From Alphaproteobacteria bacterium (GTDB lineage Bacteria > Pseudomonadota > Alphaproteobacteria > JAAXGF01): a stretch of 64,000 nt of DNA. Position 1 is the stretch's first letter. Each line of letters begins with the position of its first letter. The stretch lies in assembly GCA_963555825.3 (NCBI GenBank), contig CAUVXB020000002.1, forward strand, positions 672,001-736,000. The letters run 5' to 3'. Positions 39,582-48,110 of this stretch are shown here, one piece after another. The notes beneath the pieces were generated by a model. The model did not search any database and was not told where the DNA came from. It saw only the letters and a program-made list of their open reading frames with translations. The position numbers and the translations under genes were made by a program.

Positions 39582-42500
39582 TTACGCCGGGTTGGTATTC
39601 GCGAGCGGCCAGCGTTCGAGGATGCGGCCGAGGTCGATGTATTCGGGCACGAACACACGGGTCCGCCATGAGACGATTTCGGTGGCGCAGCCCATGCGTT
39701 TGAGTGCGGCGAGATCGCCGTCCGCCGGCCCTTCGATCTCGACACGCGCGGCGCCCATCAGGCGCCGCCTTGCGAGGCGCCAGCCGTTGGCGAGATCGAA
39801 GGACGCGCCGCGTTTCAGAATCGCCTCGTGCATCTCGGCCGAACTCATGAGCGGTCCGCCGGCCAGTCCGAAGGCGTCGTGGAAGGCGTACGCCTGCTCG
39901 GGCGTCAGAACCCGGCCGAGCAGGCGTTCCCCGGCATCGGTCGCAAGCCGGCGCACCCGCATGTTCTCGCCCGGCAGGCGATCCCATATGGGAAGCAGCA
40001 GGCCGGTGACCAGCCACAGGCGGGATTCGGTGTGGCTGGGCAGCCCCTCGATCTCCGCATCCCACGACGCGCGCCAACGATCCCCGCCTGCATCCTCCCA
40101 GTTCGAGGCGGCAAGTTCCTCCGCGGCCATGGGCTCGCGGGCGGCGGGACGGACCAGGCGGACCCGGGCCTCGACCCCGCCGTCCTCGAACATCCGCGAC
40201 GGCGCGGGCAGAACCACGGCGGCACGCTTCGAGCGGGTGTTGATGACGGGGCGCCCGTCGCGCAAGGCGAGGGCATCGCCGGCCGCGAGCGGCACGAGCC
40301 GGTCGCGGCGGACGATCTCGACAAGCTCGGTGGCGGCGCCCGAGGCTTCATGAACGTGAACCGTCTCGCGCGAGGCCACAGTGAGGGAGTCGGCCCGGAT
40401 CGTCTCGACGCCCTGCTCGTGGGTGCCGGCCTCAATGGCCTGTTCGATGTTGGCCTCGATGCGGGTTTCCAGCTCGGCGAACAGTTCGTTCTGCTCGGCG
40501 ATGGGCAGGGCCAGCAGGCGGTTGAGGAACCGGGGCATCGGCGGCAGGTCTTCCTTGAGCGAGCCCTCCCAGATGAGCTTCAGCCCGGTGGCGTCCTCGA
40601 AGCGGTCCATGGACCAGCCCGCAATGTTGCCGCGCCACAGCGCGATGTAGAACTGGCGCAGCGCCACCTTGGCGTAGGGGCTTTCCAGATTGTCGCTGGT
40701 TCTAAACAAGGTGGCGGCGCCGCCGCCCATGGCGGTCTGCGAATCGCGCTGGCCCCGGGTGATGGCGCCGAGGCTGTCGAGACGCCGGGCGATGGTGGCG
40801 ATGAAGCGCCGCTCGCCCTTCACGTCGGTGGTGACCGGGCGGAACAGGGGGGCCGAGGCCTGGTGCGTCCGATGGGTTCGGCCCAGTCCCTGGATCGCCT
40901 GGTCGGCCCGCCAGCCCGGTTCCAGCAGATAGTGGATACGCCGCCGTGTATTGCCGCAACCGAGATCGGCGTGATAGCTGCGCCCGGTGCCGCCGGCCAT
41001 GGAGAAGACGAGGATGCGTTTGTCGCCAGCCATGAAGGCGGCGGTCTCCGCCAGATTGGCCGAGGCCGGCCGATTGCGCAGCGCCAGGCGCTCGCCGGAT
41101 GAATCGGCGATGCGCAAGACCCGGCGGGAGCGTCCGGTGACCTCGGCGACGGCCTCGCCGCCGAAACGGTGGAGGATCTGGTCGAGCGCCGCCTGCACCG
41201 GCGGCAAGGCCGCGAGCTTCTCGATCAACGCATCGCGGGCGGCCACGGCTTCCTGGCACAGGACCGGGTTGCCCCCGGCGTCGGTCACAGGCCGCGACAT
41301 CAGGTTGCCCTCGTCGTCGGTGAATGGCTCCTGCAATTGCACAGGGAATGCGTGGGCCAGATATTCGAGGCACGCCTCCCTCGGCGTCAGGTCGACGGAG
41401 ATATCGTCCCATTCCGAGACGGGGATCTCGGCGATGCGCCGGTCCAGCAAAGCCTCGCCGGTCGAGACCAGCTGGATGACGCAGGCATGGCCGGCCTCGA
41501 GATCGGCCTCGATCGCCCGGATCAGCGAGGGGCATTTCATGGCGGTCAGGAGATGGCCGAAGAAACGCTGCTTGGAGCCCTCGAAAGCCGACAGCGCGGC
41601 GGATTTGGCGTTCTTGTTGAGGGTCGCATCGCCCTCCATGATGCCGGTGGCTTTGAGGGCGTCTTCTATATTGCGGTGGATCACCTTGAAGGCCCCGGCA
41701 TAAGCGTCGTAGATGCGCCGCTGTTCGGGCGTGAGGGGATGTTCGAGCGGCTCGACCTCGACCCCGTCATAGCTGAGCGCACGGGCCTGGTAGAGCCCGA
41801 GGGCCTTCAGATCGCGGGCCACCACCTCCATCGCCGCGACCCCGCCGGCCTCCATGGCGGTGACGAAGTCGGTGCGTTGCTCGAAGGGCGTCTCGCCGCC
41901 TGAATCCGCCCCGCCCCACAGGCCGAGGCGCCGCGCATAGGCCAGGCCGGGCACGGTGGTGGCCCCGGTGGCGGAGACATAGAGGATACGGGCATCGGGC
42001 AATGCGTTCTGCAAACGCAATCCGGCGCGGCCCTGCTGTGACGGAGCCGTATCGCCCCGCGATCCCTTGGACCCGGCGGCGTTGGCCATGGCGTGCGCCT
42101 CGTCGAACACGATGACGCCGCCATAGGCATGGCGGGAGCCTTCATCAATGCCATCGGCGAGCCAGCCGACGATCTGTTCGAGGCGCGAGCGCTTTCCCTG
42201 GCGGGCGGGCGAGCGCAAGGTTGCATAGGTGGCGAACAGGATCCCGGCCTCTTGAGGAATATCGGCCCCCTGGCGGAACTTGCCCAATGGGATGATGTCG
42301 GCTTCGGTCCCGCCGATCGCGGCCCAGTCGCGGCGGGCGTCCTCCAGCAGCTTGTCGGAGGCGGACAGCCACAGCGCCCGGCGGCGGCCGCGCAGCCAGT
42401 GGTCGAGGATGATGGCGGCGACCTGGCGGCCCTTGCCGCAGCCGGTGCCGTCGCCCAGCATCCAGCCGCGCCGGAAACGCACCGGCGCGGACAGGGCTTC

Positions 42501-44192
42501 GCCGTCGCCGGTGGCATCGGTGGCGGGTTCAAGACCGGCGCTTGCGGCTTCGCCCTTATCTGCTTTATTGGCCGTCTCCTGGACGTTATCGCCGTCATCG
42601 CCGTTGTCATCTTCGTTGTCGGCGACACGCGCGACGGTCTCCCAGCCCTCGCCGATGCGGTAAAGCGCCGATAGATGGCGGCCGTGGGCCTGACCGGCGA
42701 GGATGACGCTTTCGAGCTGGGCGTCGGACAGAAGTTCGTCCGTCACGATACGCACGGGAAGCATCGGGCGGTACGACGGCACGGGATGGGGCACGGCCGC
42801 CATGGCGGCGGATTGCACCAGCGGTGTCGGATGTTCGCACGCGCCGGGAATGCGCGCGGTTCGGGGACACCAGGGCTCGTAGACGCCGGCATGGGTGGCT
42901 TCCGGTTCGCTTGCCGTGCCTTCAGGGTTGGCGGGTGAAATTTCGTAGTCGAGTTCGGCCACCGGCCCCCAATCGCGGACTTGCCGGGCTGCGGGTCTGG
43001 TGTTGGGCGCGGCGGCCGCTGCCCGCTTTCGCGTGTCCGGCCGTGCGGCGGCATGGCCGAACAGATCGCCGGCCGGAACAAGCGCAGCGGCAATTGGCAC
43101 GACCGCCTGCCGTTGCGGCACATTGGCGGCGATGGCTGCCAGCAACCCGGCGGCGGTGGGGACGGATTCCCGCGCGTCGATCGGAACGCCGGATGCGTTC
43201 GCGCGATCGATTACGGTCAGCCGGGTATCGAAGGTCGTGCCGCGCCGGGCGTAGGCGCGCCCGTCGATGGCGATGGAAAAGACGGTGCGCGGCGGTGGAT
43301 CGAGCCGTTCGAAGGCGCGGCTCCAGGCGGCATCGCCGGGGATGCAACCGGCCGACGTGATCGCCACCAGCCGCCCGCCCGCCGGGAGCATGGAGAAGGC
43401 GGAACGGAGGTGACGCAAATCCGCGTCGTGACGGGTGCGTTGGACCCCGGGGCTTGCCGAAAACGGCGGGTTCATCAACACCACGGTGGGACGCAGGTCC
43501 GGGAGATAATCGGCGATGGCCTCGGCGTTGTGACGGGTGACCGGCGCGTGCGCGAACAATCCGGCAAGCAACCCGGCGCGGACGGCGGCGATCTCGTTCA
43601 GGTGCAGGGGATTCCTCGAACGCGCGCCATTGCTGCGCTTGCCGAGGGCGCATTCGGCCATGACGGCGAGCATGCCGGTGCCGGCCGAGGGCTCGAGCAC
43701 GATGTCGCCGGGCCGGATGGCGGCGGCTTGCAGCGCGGCGTAGGCGAGCGGCAAGGGGGTGGAGAACTGTTGCAGGGCAAGCTGTTCTTCCGACCGCCTT
43801 GTCTGGGACGGCTCCAGGGCCGCCAGGGTTTCCAGCATGGCGAGCATGGCGGCGGCGGATCCGGGTCCGGCGCCGGCCTCGCGGCGCATGAGGCGGCCGT
43901 AACGCTGGATGAACAGCACCATCGCGGCTTCGGCCGCTTCGTAGGCGTCCTTCCAGACCCAGGCGCCTTGCGCGTCGCTGGCGCCGAAGGCCGCGCTCAT
44001 GGCCTCGCGCAGGGTCTTTGCATCGAGCGCGCGGCCTGCTTCCAGGTTGGGAAGCAGAGCGGTTGCGGCGGCCAGCAACGCGGCAGGCTTCGGGCGGACG
44101 CCCGGGGCATCGGCAATCGCTGGGGATGCGGGAATTGGCCGGAGGGCGGGCGGACGCGCGGGCGCGTTCGCCGCCGGTTGGGCGTCGAGCAT
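39582..44192 (-). CDS. methyltransferase / strawberry-notch-like SF2 helicase fusion
   Basis: QQFSTP, VLEPSAGTG and MNPPF (N6-MTase); GDGTGCGKGR, VFDEAH, YVSATG and QGLGRTHR (helicase). Confidence 0.92.
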   Translation of the reverse strand: MLDAQPAANAPARPPALRPIPASPAIADAPGVRPKPAALLAAATALLPNLEAGRALDAKTLREAMSAAFGASDAQGAWVWKDAYEAAEAAMVLFIQRYGRLMRREAGAGPGSAAAMLAMLETLAALEPSQTRRSEEQLALQQFSTPLPLAYAALQAAAIRPGDIVLEPSAGTGMLAVMAECALGKRSNGARSRNPLHLNEIAAVRAGLLAGLFAHAPVTRHNAEAIADYLPDLRPTVVLMNPPFSASPGVQRTRHDADLRHLRSAFSMLPAGGRLVAITSAGCIPGDAAWSRAFERLDPPPRTVFSIAIDGRAYARRGTTFDTRLTVIDRANASGVPIDARESVPTAAGLLAAIAANVPQRQAVVPIAAALVPAGDLFGHAAARPDTRKRAAAAAPNTRPAARQVRDWGPVAELDYEISPANPEGTASEPEATHAGVYEPWCPRTARIPGACEHPTPLVQSAAMAAVPHPVPSYRPMLPVRIVTDELLSDAQLESVILAGQAHGRHLSALYRIGEGWETVARVADNEDDNGDDGDNVQETANKADKGEAASAGLEPATDATGDGEALSAPVRFRRGWMLGDGTGCGKGRQVAAIILDHWLRGRRRALWLSASDKLLEDARRDWAAIGGTEADIIPLGKFRQGADIPQEAGILFATYATLRSPARQGKRSRLEQIVGWLADGIDEGSRHAYGGVIVFDEAHAMANAAGSKGSRGDTAPSQQGRAGLRLQNALPDARILYVSATGATTVPGLAYARRLGLWGGADSGGETPFEQRTDFVTAMEAGGVAAMEVVARDLKALGLYQARALSYDGVEVEPLEHPLTPEQRRIYDAYAGAFKVIHRNIEDALKATGIMEGDATLNKNAKSAALSAFEGSKQRFFGHLLTAMKCPSLIRAIEADLEAGHACVIQLVSTGEALLDRRIAEIPVSEWDDISVDLTPREACLEYLAHAFPVQLQEPFTDDEGNLMSRPVTDAGGNPVLCQEAVAARDALIEKLAALPPVQAALDQILHRFGGEAVAEVTGRSRRVLRIADSSGERLALRNRPASANLAETAAFMAGDKRILVFSMAGGTGRSYHADLGCGNTRRRIHYLLEPGWRADQAIQGLGRTHRTHQASAPLFRPVTTDVKGERRFIATIARRLDSLGAITRGQRDSQTAMGGGAATLFRTSDNLESPYAKVALRQFYIALWRGNIAGWSMDRFEDATGLKLIWEGSLKEDLPPMPRFLNRLLALPIAEQNELFAELETRIEANIEQAIEAGTHEQGVETIRADSLTVASRETVHVHEASGAATELVEIVRRDRLVPLAAGDALALRDGRPVINTRSKRAAVVLPAPSRMFEDGGVEARVRLVRPAAREPMAAEELAASNWEDAGGDRWRASWDAEIEGLPSHTESRLWLVTGLLLPIWDRLPGENMRVRRLATDAGERLLGRVLTPEQAYAFHDAFGLAGGPLMSSAEMHEAILKRGASFDLANGWRLARRRLMGAARVEIEGPADGDLAALKRMGCATEIVSWRTRVFVPEYIDLGRILERWPLANTNPA

Positions 44193-44439
44193 GAATTGTC
44201 TCCCGAATGGATAAGGGCGGGCCGGAACCGTGGCCGGGGCCTTACGGCTCCGGCGAATGGCCGGGTGGTGCCGGAAGCCGGTGTCCTCGCTCTCCCGGCC
44301 CCGGTTCACCCGGCCCGGGCGCAACCCGCCTCCTTGCGGGCGGGGGCACGGATATGGAGGATTATGCGGGCGCGGCCCGCGGTATCAGGCTGGTCCGATG
44401 CCGATGCGCTTGCCCCGGGGTTGGCGGATGGGAACCTGG

Positions 44440-44757
44440 ATGAACCGAACTCTCGTCATCGTCGTTGCAGTGTCCGTGTTCTGCTCTATCGGTCCTCTCG
44501 CCGATGAAATCCCTTCCGAACTTGACTCGGGTAGTTCCAAAGCCAAGGGATTGATCCTTACGTTCGAAGACTGGCCGCCGGATGGTGTGGAGACGGACCC
44601 TTTTCTCCAAAAGCTTCATTCCGCCGGGCTCAAGGCGGCGCGCAAGTTCCCGCGGTTCAGGGTTTGGGTGTTCGAGTGGGATGAATGGCAGGAGGGCCGC
44701 AGGGCGGAAAACCTGTGTATTGAACTGCTGCTGGACGATCGAACCTCTTCCCTGTTT
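44440..44757 (+). pseudogene. 5' fragment of a secreted protein, truncated by IS110-like DNA
   Basis: MNRTLVIVVAVSVFCSIGPLA signal-like start. Coding character changes at ~44757. Confidence 0.4.
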
Positions 44758-45114
44758 GGGCCCCACCCTCGGAACGTTGCGCCCGCAGTAAGCGGGATCG
44801 GGGTACGGATCACGCAGGCTGACGGATCCGGCCGGATAAAAGGTGGGTACGCGTATTGCCGCGCGACCGATGCAAGAAGCCCTCTTCCTTCAAGAAGACG
44901 TTCCGAACCTGGCACGACCAACCATAGAGCGGGAAACCCGGGGAGACCGACGTATGCCGACGCCATAGTCCAATTTGTCACTTGACTGTTGTCGCCTCAT
45001 AAAAGGCCCGCGGCGCATGAAGGCCGCATTGTAGGCCGGACATACGACAGTGCCTGAGCGCATGCCACGAGTTGTTAAAGTTTTGCTTGCACCAAAAGGG
45101 GGCGTCCACATATG
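44758..45114 (+). mobile_element. orphan IS110/IS1111-type non-coding end(s)
   Basis: ...CTTGACTGTTGTCGCCTCATA, then AAGGCCCGCGG...GGCCGGACATACGAC...TTGCTTGCACCAAAAGGGGGCGTCCACATATG, which resembles IS1111 right ends. No recombinase ORF. Confidence 0.55.
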
Positions 45115-45183
45115 TTTCGTGCTGGATATCGTTCACGATCGGGTCGACCGGCAACATCGAAGCCATCGCGCGCGGCGGCGGGA

Positions 45184-45601
45184 TCATGCTTCGCGACCGC
45201 CATGGCTGGTGAGTATCATCGTCGCCTTGCCGGCGAGGATGCGGGCAGCGGCTTCGAGTTCGGGTCCCGATTCGACGATATGCCCGGCGGCGCGCGCGGC
45301 TTCGGCGTAAATTGACAGGGGATAGCTGGCGGTAAAGTGAATATCACGCTCTATGCCGAGCCCGAAGGGTCCCCGGTATTCGGTCAATTCAAGCAGACCG
45401 TGACCCTAATTCGGGTGTGCCGAAGCCCAAATCAGCCAGGCCGAATGCACACTCATCCGGGTATTCGGGATCGAGCTCCGACACCAACCAGGTGCCGGAC
45501 CCGCATGGGTTGAACCACTTGACCACGGGCTTGTGGTCGGCCCCCCTTCGGGTCCCGTTTGCAAGCAGCTTCGTGCGCTGCTCTTCAGTGAGCAGTTTCA
45601 T
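45184..45601 (-). pseudogene. DUF2958 family protein, frameshifted near 45395
   Basis: PVVKWFNPCGSGTWLVSELDP...FGLADLGFGTPELG, then GPFGLGIERDIHF in another frame. Confidence 0.82.
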
Positions 45602-45731
45602 GGAATGGTCCTCTCGAATATCGGTCATCGGGATGCACCCGCGCCCCGGCCATCCGCGCCGGGCCGAAAGCCGGCCCCGGCCCGGAGTGGCGCAAGGCAG
45701 GCGGTTCGCGATGGAAGAATGCCGCCGGCGG

Positions 45732-46232
45732 TCAGCCGGCCGGCAGCGGTCCGGTATCGCCCGGATCCAGAATGAGCACGCGTGCACGGCCTCCGCTGAC
45801 GGTCACATCCGGAGCGCCATCGGCTCTGCGGCGAACGGTGACCAGAGGCTTGTTGCCCGGCGGGGCCGGCGGATCGGCGGCCTCCGTCGTGACGGTGCCG
45901 GCGCCTTCGACGAAACGAATGCGGACGGCGCCGCCCGCGACCTCGATGCCGCCGGGCGGGCGGAGGCCGGTCAGCGTGACCACGGGCGGTTCGCCGTTCT
46001 CTGTAAAACGGTCTGGAACGGGGATCGCGGTATCGCCCCAGGGGTCGGTATCCATGCTCTCGGCCAGGGCCTCGACGAATGTTTGACTGGCTTGGTCGAC
46101 GGACCTCCAGTGGGGATCGTCGCCGGCTTGCTCGATGGCCTTTTCCAGCGCCGCGTCGAGGGTATCGGCTTCGACCGTTACAGTGTTGTGGTAGTGGGAT
46201 GCGTAGCCGCAACAGACGGTAAAATATGTCAT
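45732..46232 (-). CDS. hypothetical protein
   Basis: 166 aa, ATGA-coupled to the GHKL ATPase gene. Confidence 0.7.
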   Translation of the reverse strand: MTYFTVCCGYASHYHNTVTVEADTLDAALEKAIEQAGDDPHWRSVDQASQTFVEALAESMDTDPWGDTAIPVPDRFTENGEPPVVTLTGLRPPGGIEVAGGAVRIRFVEGAGTVTTEAADPPAPPGNKPLVTVRRRADGAPDVTVSGGRARVLILDPGDTGPLPAG

Positions 46233-48019
46233 TGGACCACCTCCACATTACTGGCATCGGTTGCGGCCTCCGTGCATACGGGCCCGATATCGACGCTGAC
46301 CTTGCCGCCGCGCACCACGATGGTGACCGTGCGGTCGCGCGGCATGAGCCAGAAGATTTCGCGCCATACCGCATCGGCAATGGTGCGCTGGCGGGCTTCC
46401 TCGACCGAGCACATGAGCTTGAGCGATATATGCAGGGCGGTTTCCTCGAAGCGGGTGAGTTGCGTCTCCCAAGAGTCCGCATCCGCGTCGTCGCTCGGAC
46501 TGAAGTATGCGGCGCGCAACAATCGGGCGAGTTCCTCGGGCGCTATATCGCTGTCCGCCGTCACCAGGGGCAGCGCGTCATGGACCGACGACCAGGCCTC
46601 GCCCGCGAAGGCGAGATCGGCGGGTACGGCGATGGTGTCGCATTTGCGGAAGCAATGGCGCGGGGACTTGGGCGGATGCAGGACATTCAGGTGCATCACG
46701 ATGGTCTCGGGCCGTTCCGGTTCGCCGCCGTTCTGGGGCTCACGAAAGCTGTCTAATGAACGGGCGGCGCCATCCACCGTAACAAGGGTCTCAATGCCGA
46801 TAACGCGCGCGAGCGCGTCGTACCAGGGATAACCGTCGAAACGCGGCTCGGGGGCGAACAGCCGGAGCGTGCGTTCCGATCCGTCCTGGAGCCCGGTAAG
46901 GCCGAGGGCGCGATGAAGCGCCTGGGCCTCGGGCGGCTCGGGGTCGGCCTGCATCGCCAGCGCGCCGGAACCCACAGCCGTAAAGGCGGACCGCTCGTCC
47001 CAATAGTCCGTGTCGGCGATGGCGGGACGCCAGGGGCGCAGTTCGGCGGGCGGCTCGGGCATCTCGATCCCCGCCTCTTTCGCCTTGTGCCAGTCGGTCC
47101 AGGCAACCCGCGGGGCCGCATCGGCCTGCGCCATGGCGCGGTAGACGGCAAGCCGCGCGGCCTCGCGCATCTCTTTCAGAAACGGGGTCTCCACCGCTTC
47201 CTTCCGTGCCGGCAATACCAGCTCCAGATCGGGGCAGGAGTCGATGTCGGCGCGCGCCGACCAGGTGCCGCCTTCCACCGTGTCGACCTGGGGCAGGCGC
47301 ACCGGCAGGGTCAGGCCGTGAAAGTTGACGTCGGGGACGCGGTAGCCCGCATGGCTGTCCTTGAAGACCCCGAACACGAGGCCCTTCCATGGTTCCACAT
47401 GGAGCGCGCCATCGAGAAAGGCGCGGCGTTCGACGGTCTCTCCGCCGATGGTGACCGGCAATGGATAATGGCGGGCGGCGGTCTCAAGGAAAGCGCGGAC
47501 GGAGTGAGGCGCCTCGGACGCTTCGAAGGTGACCGCGGTTCCATGCGGCCAGGGAGCGCTGTCGTCCGGGACGACATGGGCCGCATCGCGGCCGAGAAAG
47601 TGAACAGGCTCCAGCGCCAAGCGGTAGCCTGGGCTTGGGTCCCCGCCGGGGCGGCGCCAGCGCAGTGTGCAGCCCCGGCGCGAGAGAGCGAGAAGCCCGA
47701 ACCCGGCGGGGTCCTCCGCCTCGGCGATGCCGGCCTTCCAGTTGCTCTCGCCGAAGGTCAGCAGGACGGTGGGATCGGCGATCCCGGCGCCATCGTCGAT
47801 GAGAGTAACGCGGGTGGTGTCGCCGTCCTGCTCGATGGTTGCGGCGACGCGGTTGGCACCGCCACGGCGTGAGTTTTGCAGCGTCTCGGTGAAAATATCG
47901 GCAAGGCTAGCCGAAAACAGCCGGGTTACCTTGTCAATGGCGCTGTCGCCGACGCGGGCGCGGATCGTGGCGGAACTATTGCCGGCCTCGGCCGTAACGG
48001 CATTCTGTACGGTAGACAT
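46229..48019 (-). CDS. GHKL (HATPase_c) ATP-binding protein
   Basis: ETLQNSRRGGA, IDDGAGI, PAGFGLLAL and HGTAVTF Bergerat-fold motifs. RBS AGGAG. Confidence 0.85.
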   Translation of the reverse strand: MSTVQNAVTAEAGNSSATIRARVGDSAIDKVTRLFSASLADIFTETLQNSRRGGANRVAATIEQDGDTTRVTLIDDGAGIADPTVLLTFGESNWKAGIAEAEDPAGFGLLALSRRGCTLRWRRPGGDPSPGYRLALEPVHFLGRDAAHVVPDDSAPWPHGTAVTFEASEAPHSVRAFLETAARHYPLPVTIGGETVERRAFLDGALHVEPWKGLVFGVFKDSHAGYRVPDVNFHGLTLPVRLPQVDTVEGGTWSARADIDSCPDLELVLPARKEAVETPFLKEMREAARLAVYRAMAQADAAPRVAWTDWHKAKEAGIEMPEPPAELRPWRPAIADTDYWDERSAFTAVGSGALAMQADPEPPEAQALHRALGLTGLQDGSERTLRLFAPEPRFDGYPWYDALARVIGIETLVTVDGAARSLDSFREPQNGGEPERPETIVMHLNVLHPPKSPRHCFRKCDTIAVPADLAFAGEAWSSVHDALPLVTADSDIAPEELARLLRAAYFSPSDDADADSWETQLTRFEETALHISLKLMCSVEEARQRTIADAVWREIFWLMPRDRTVTIVVRGGKVSVDIGPVCTEAATDASNVEVVQ

Positions 48020-48110
48020 TGGGAATCTCCTGGTTGTCGATACGGGAACGAAAGACGCCCCGCCGGACTGAAGCCGGCGGGGCGTTGTCGTGAGAGAAGA
48101 ACGCGGTGGT

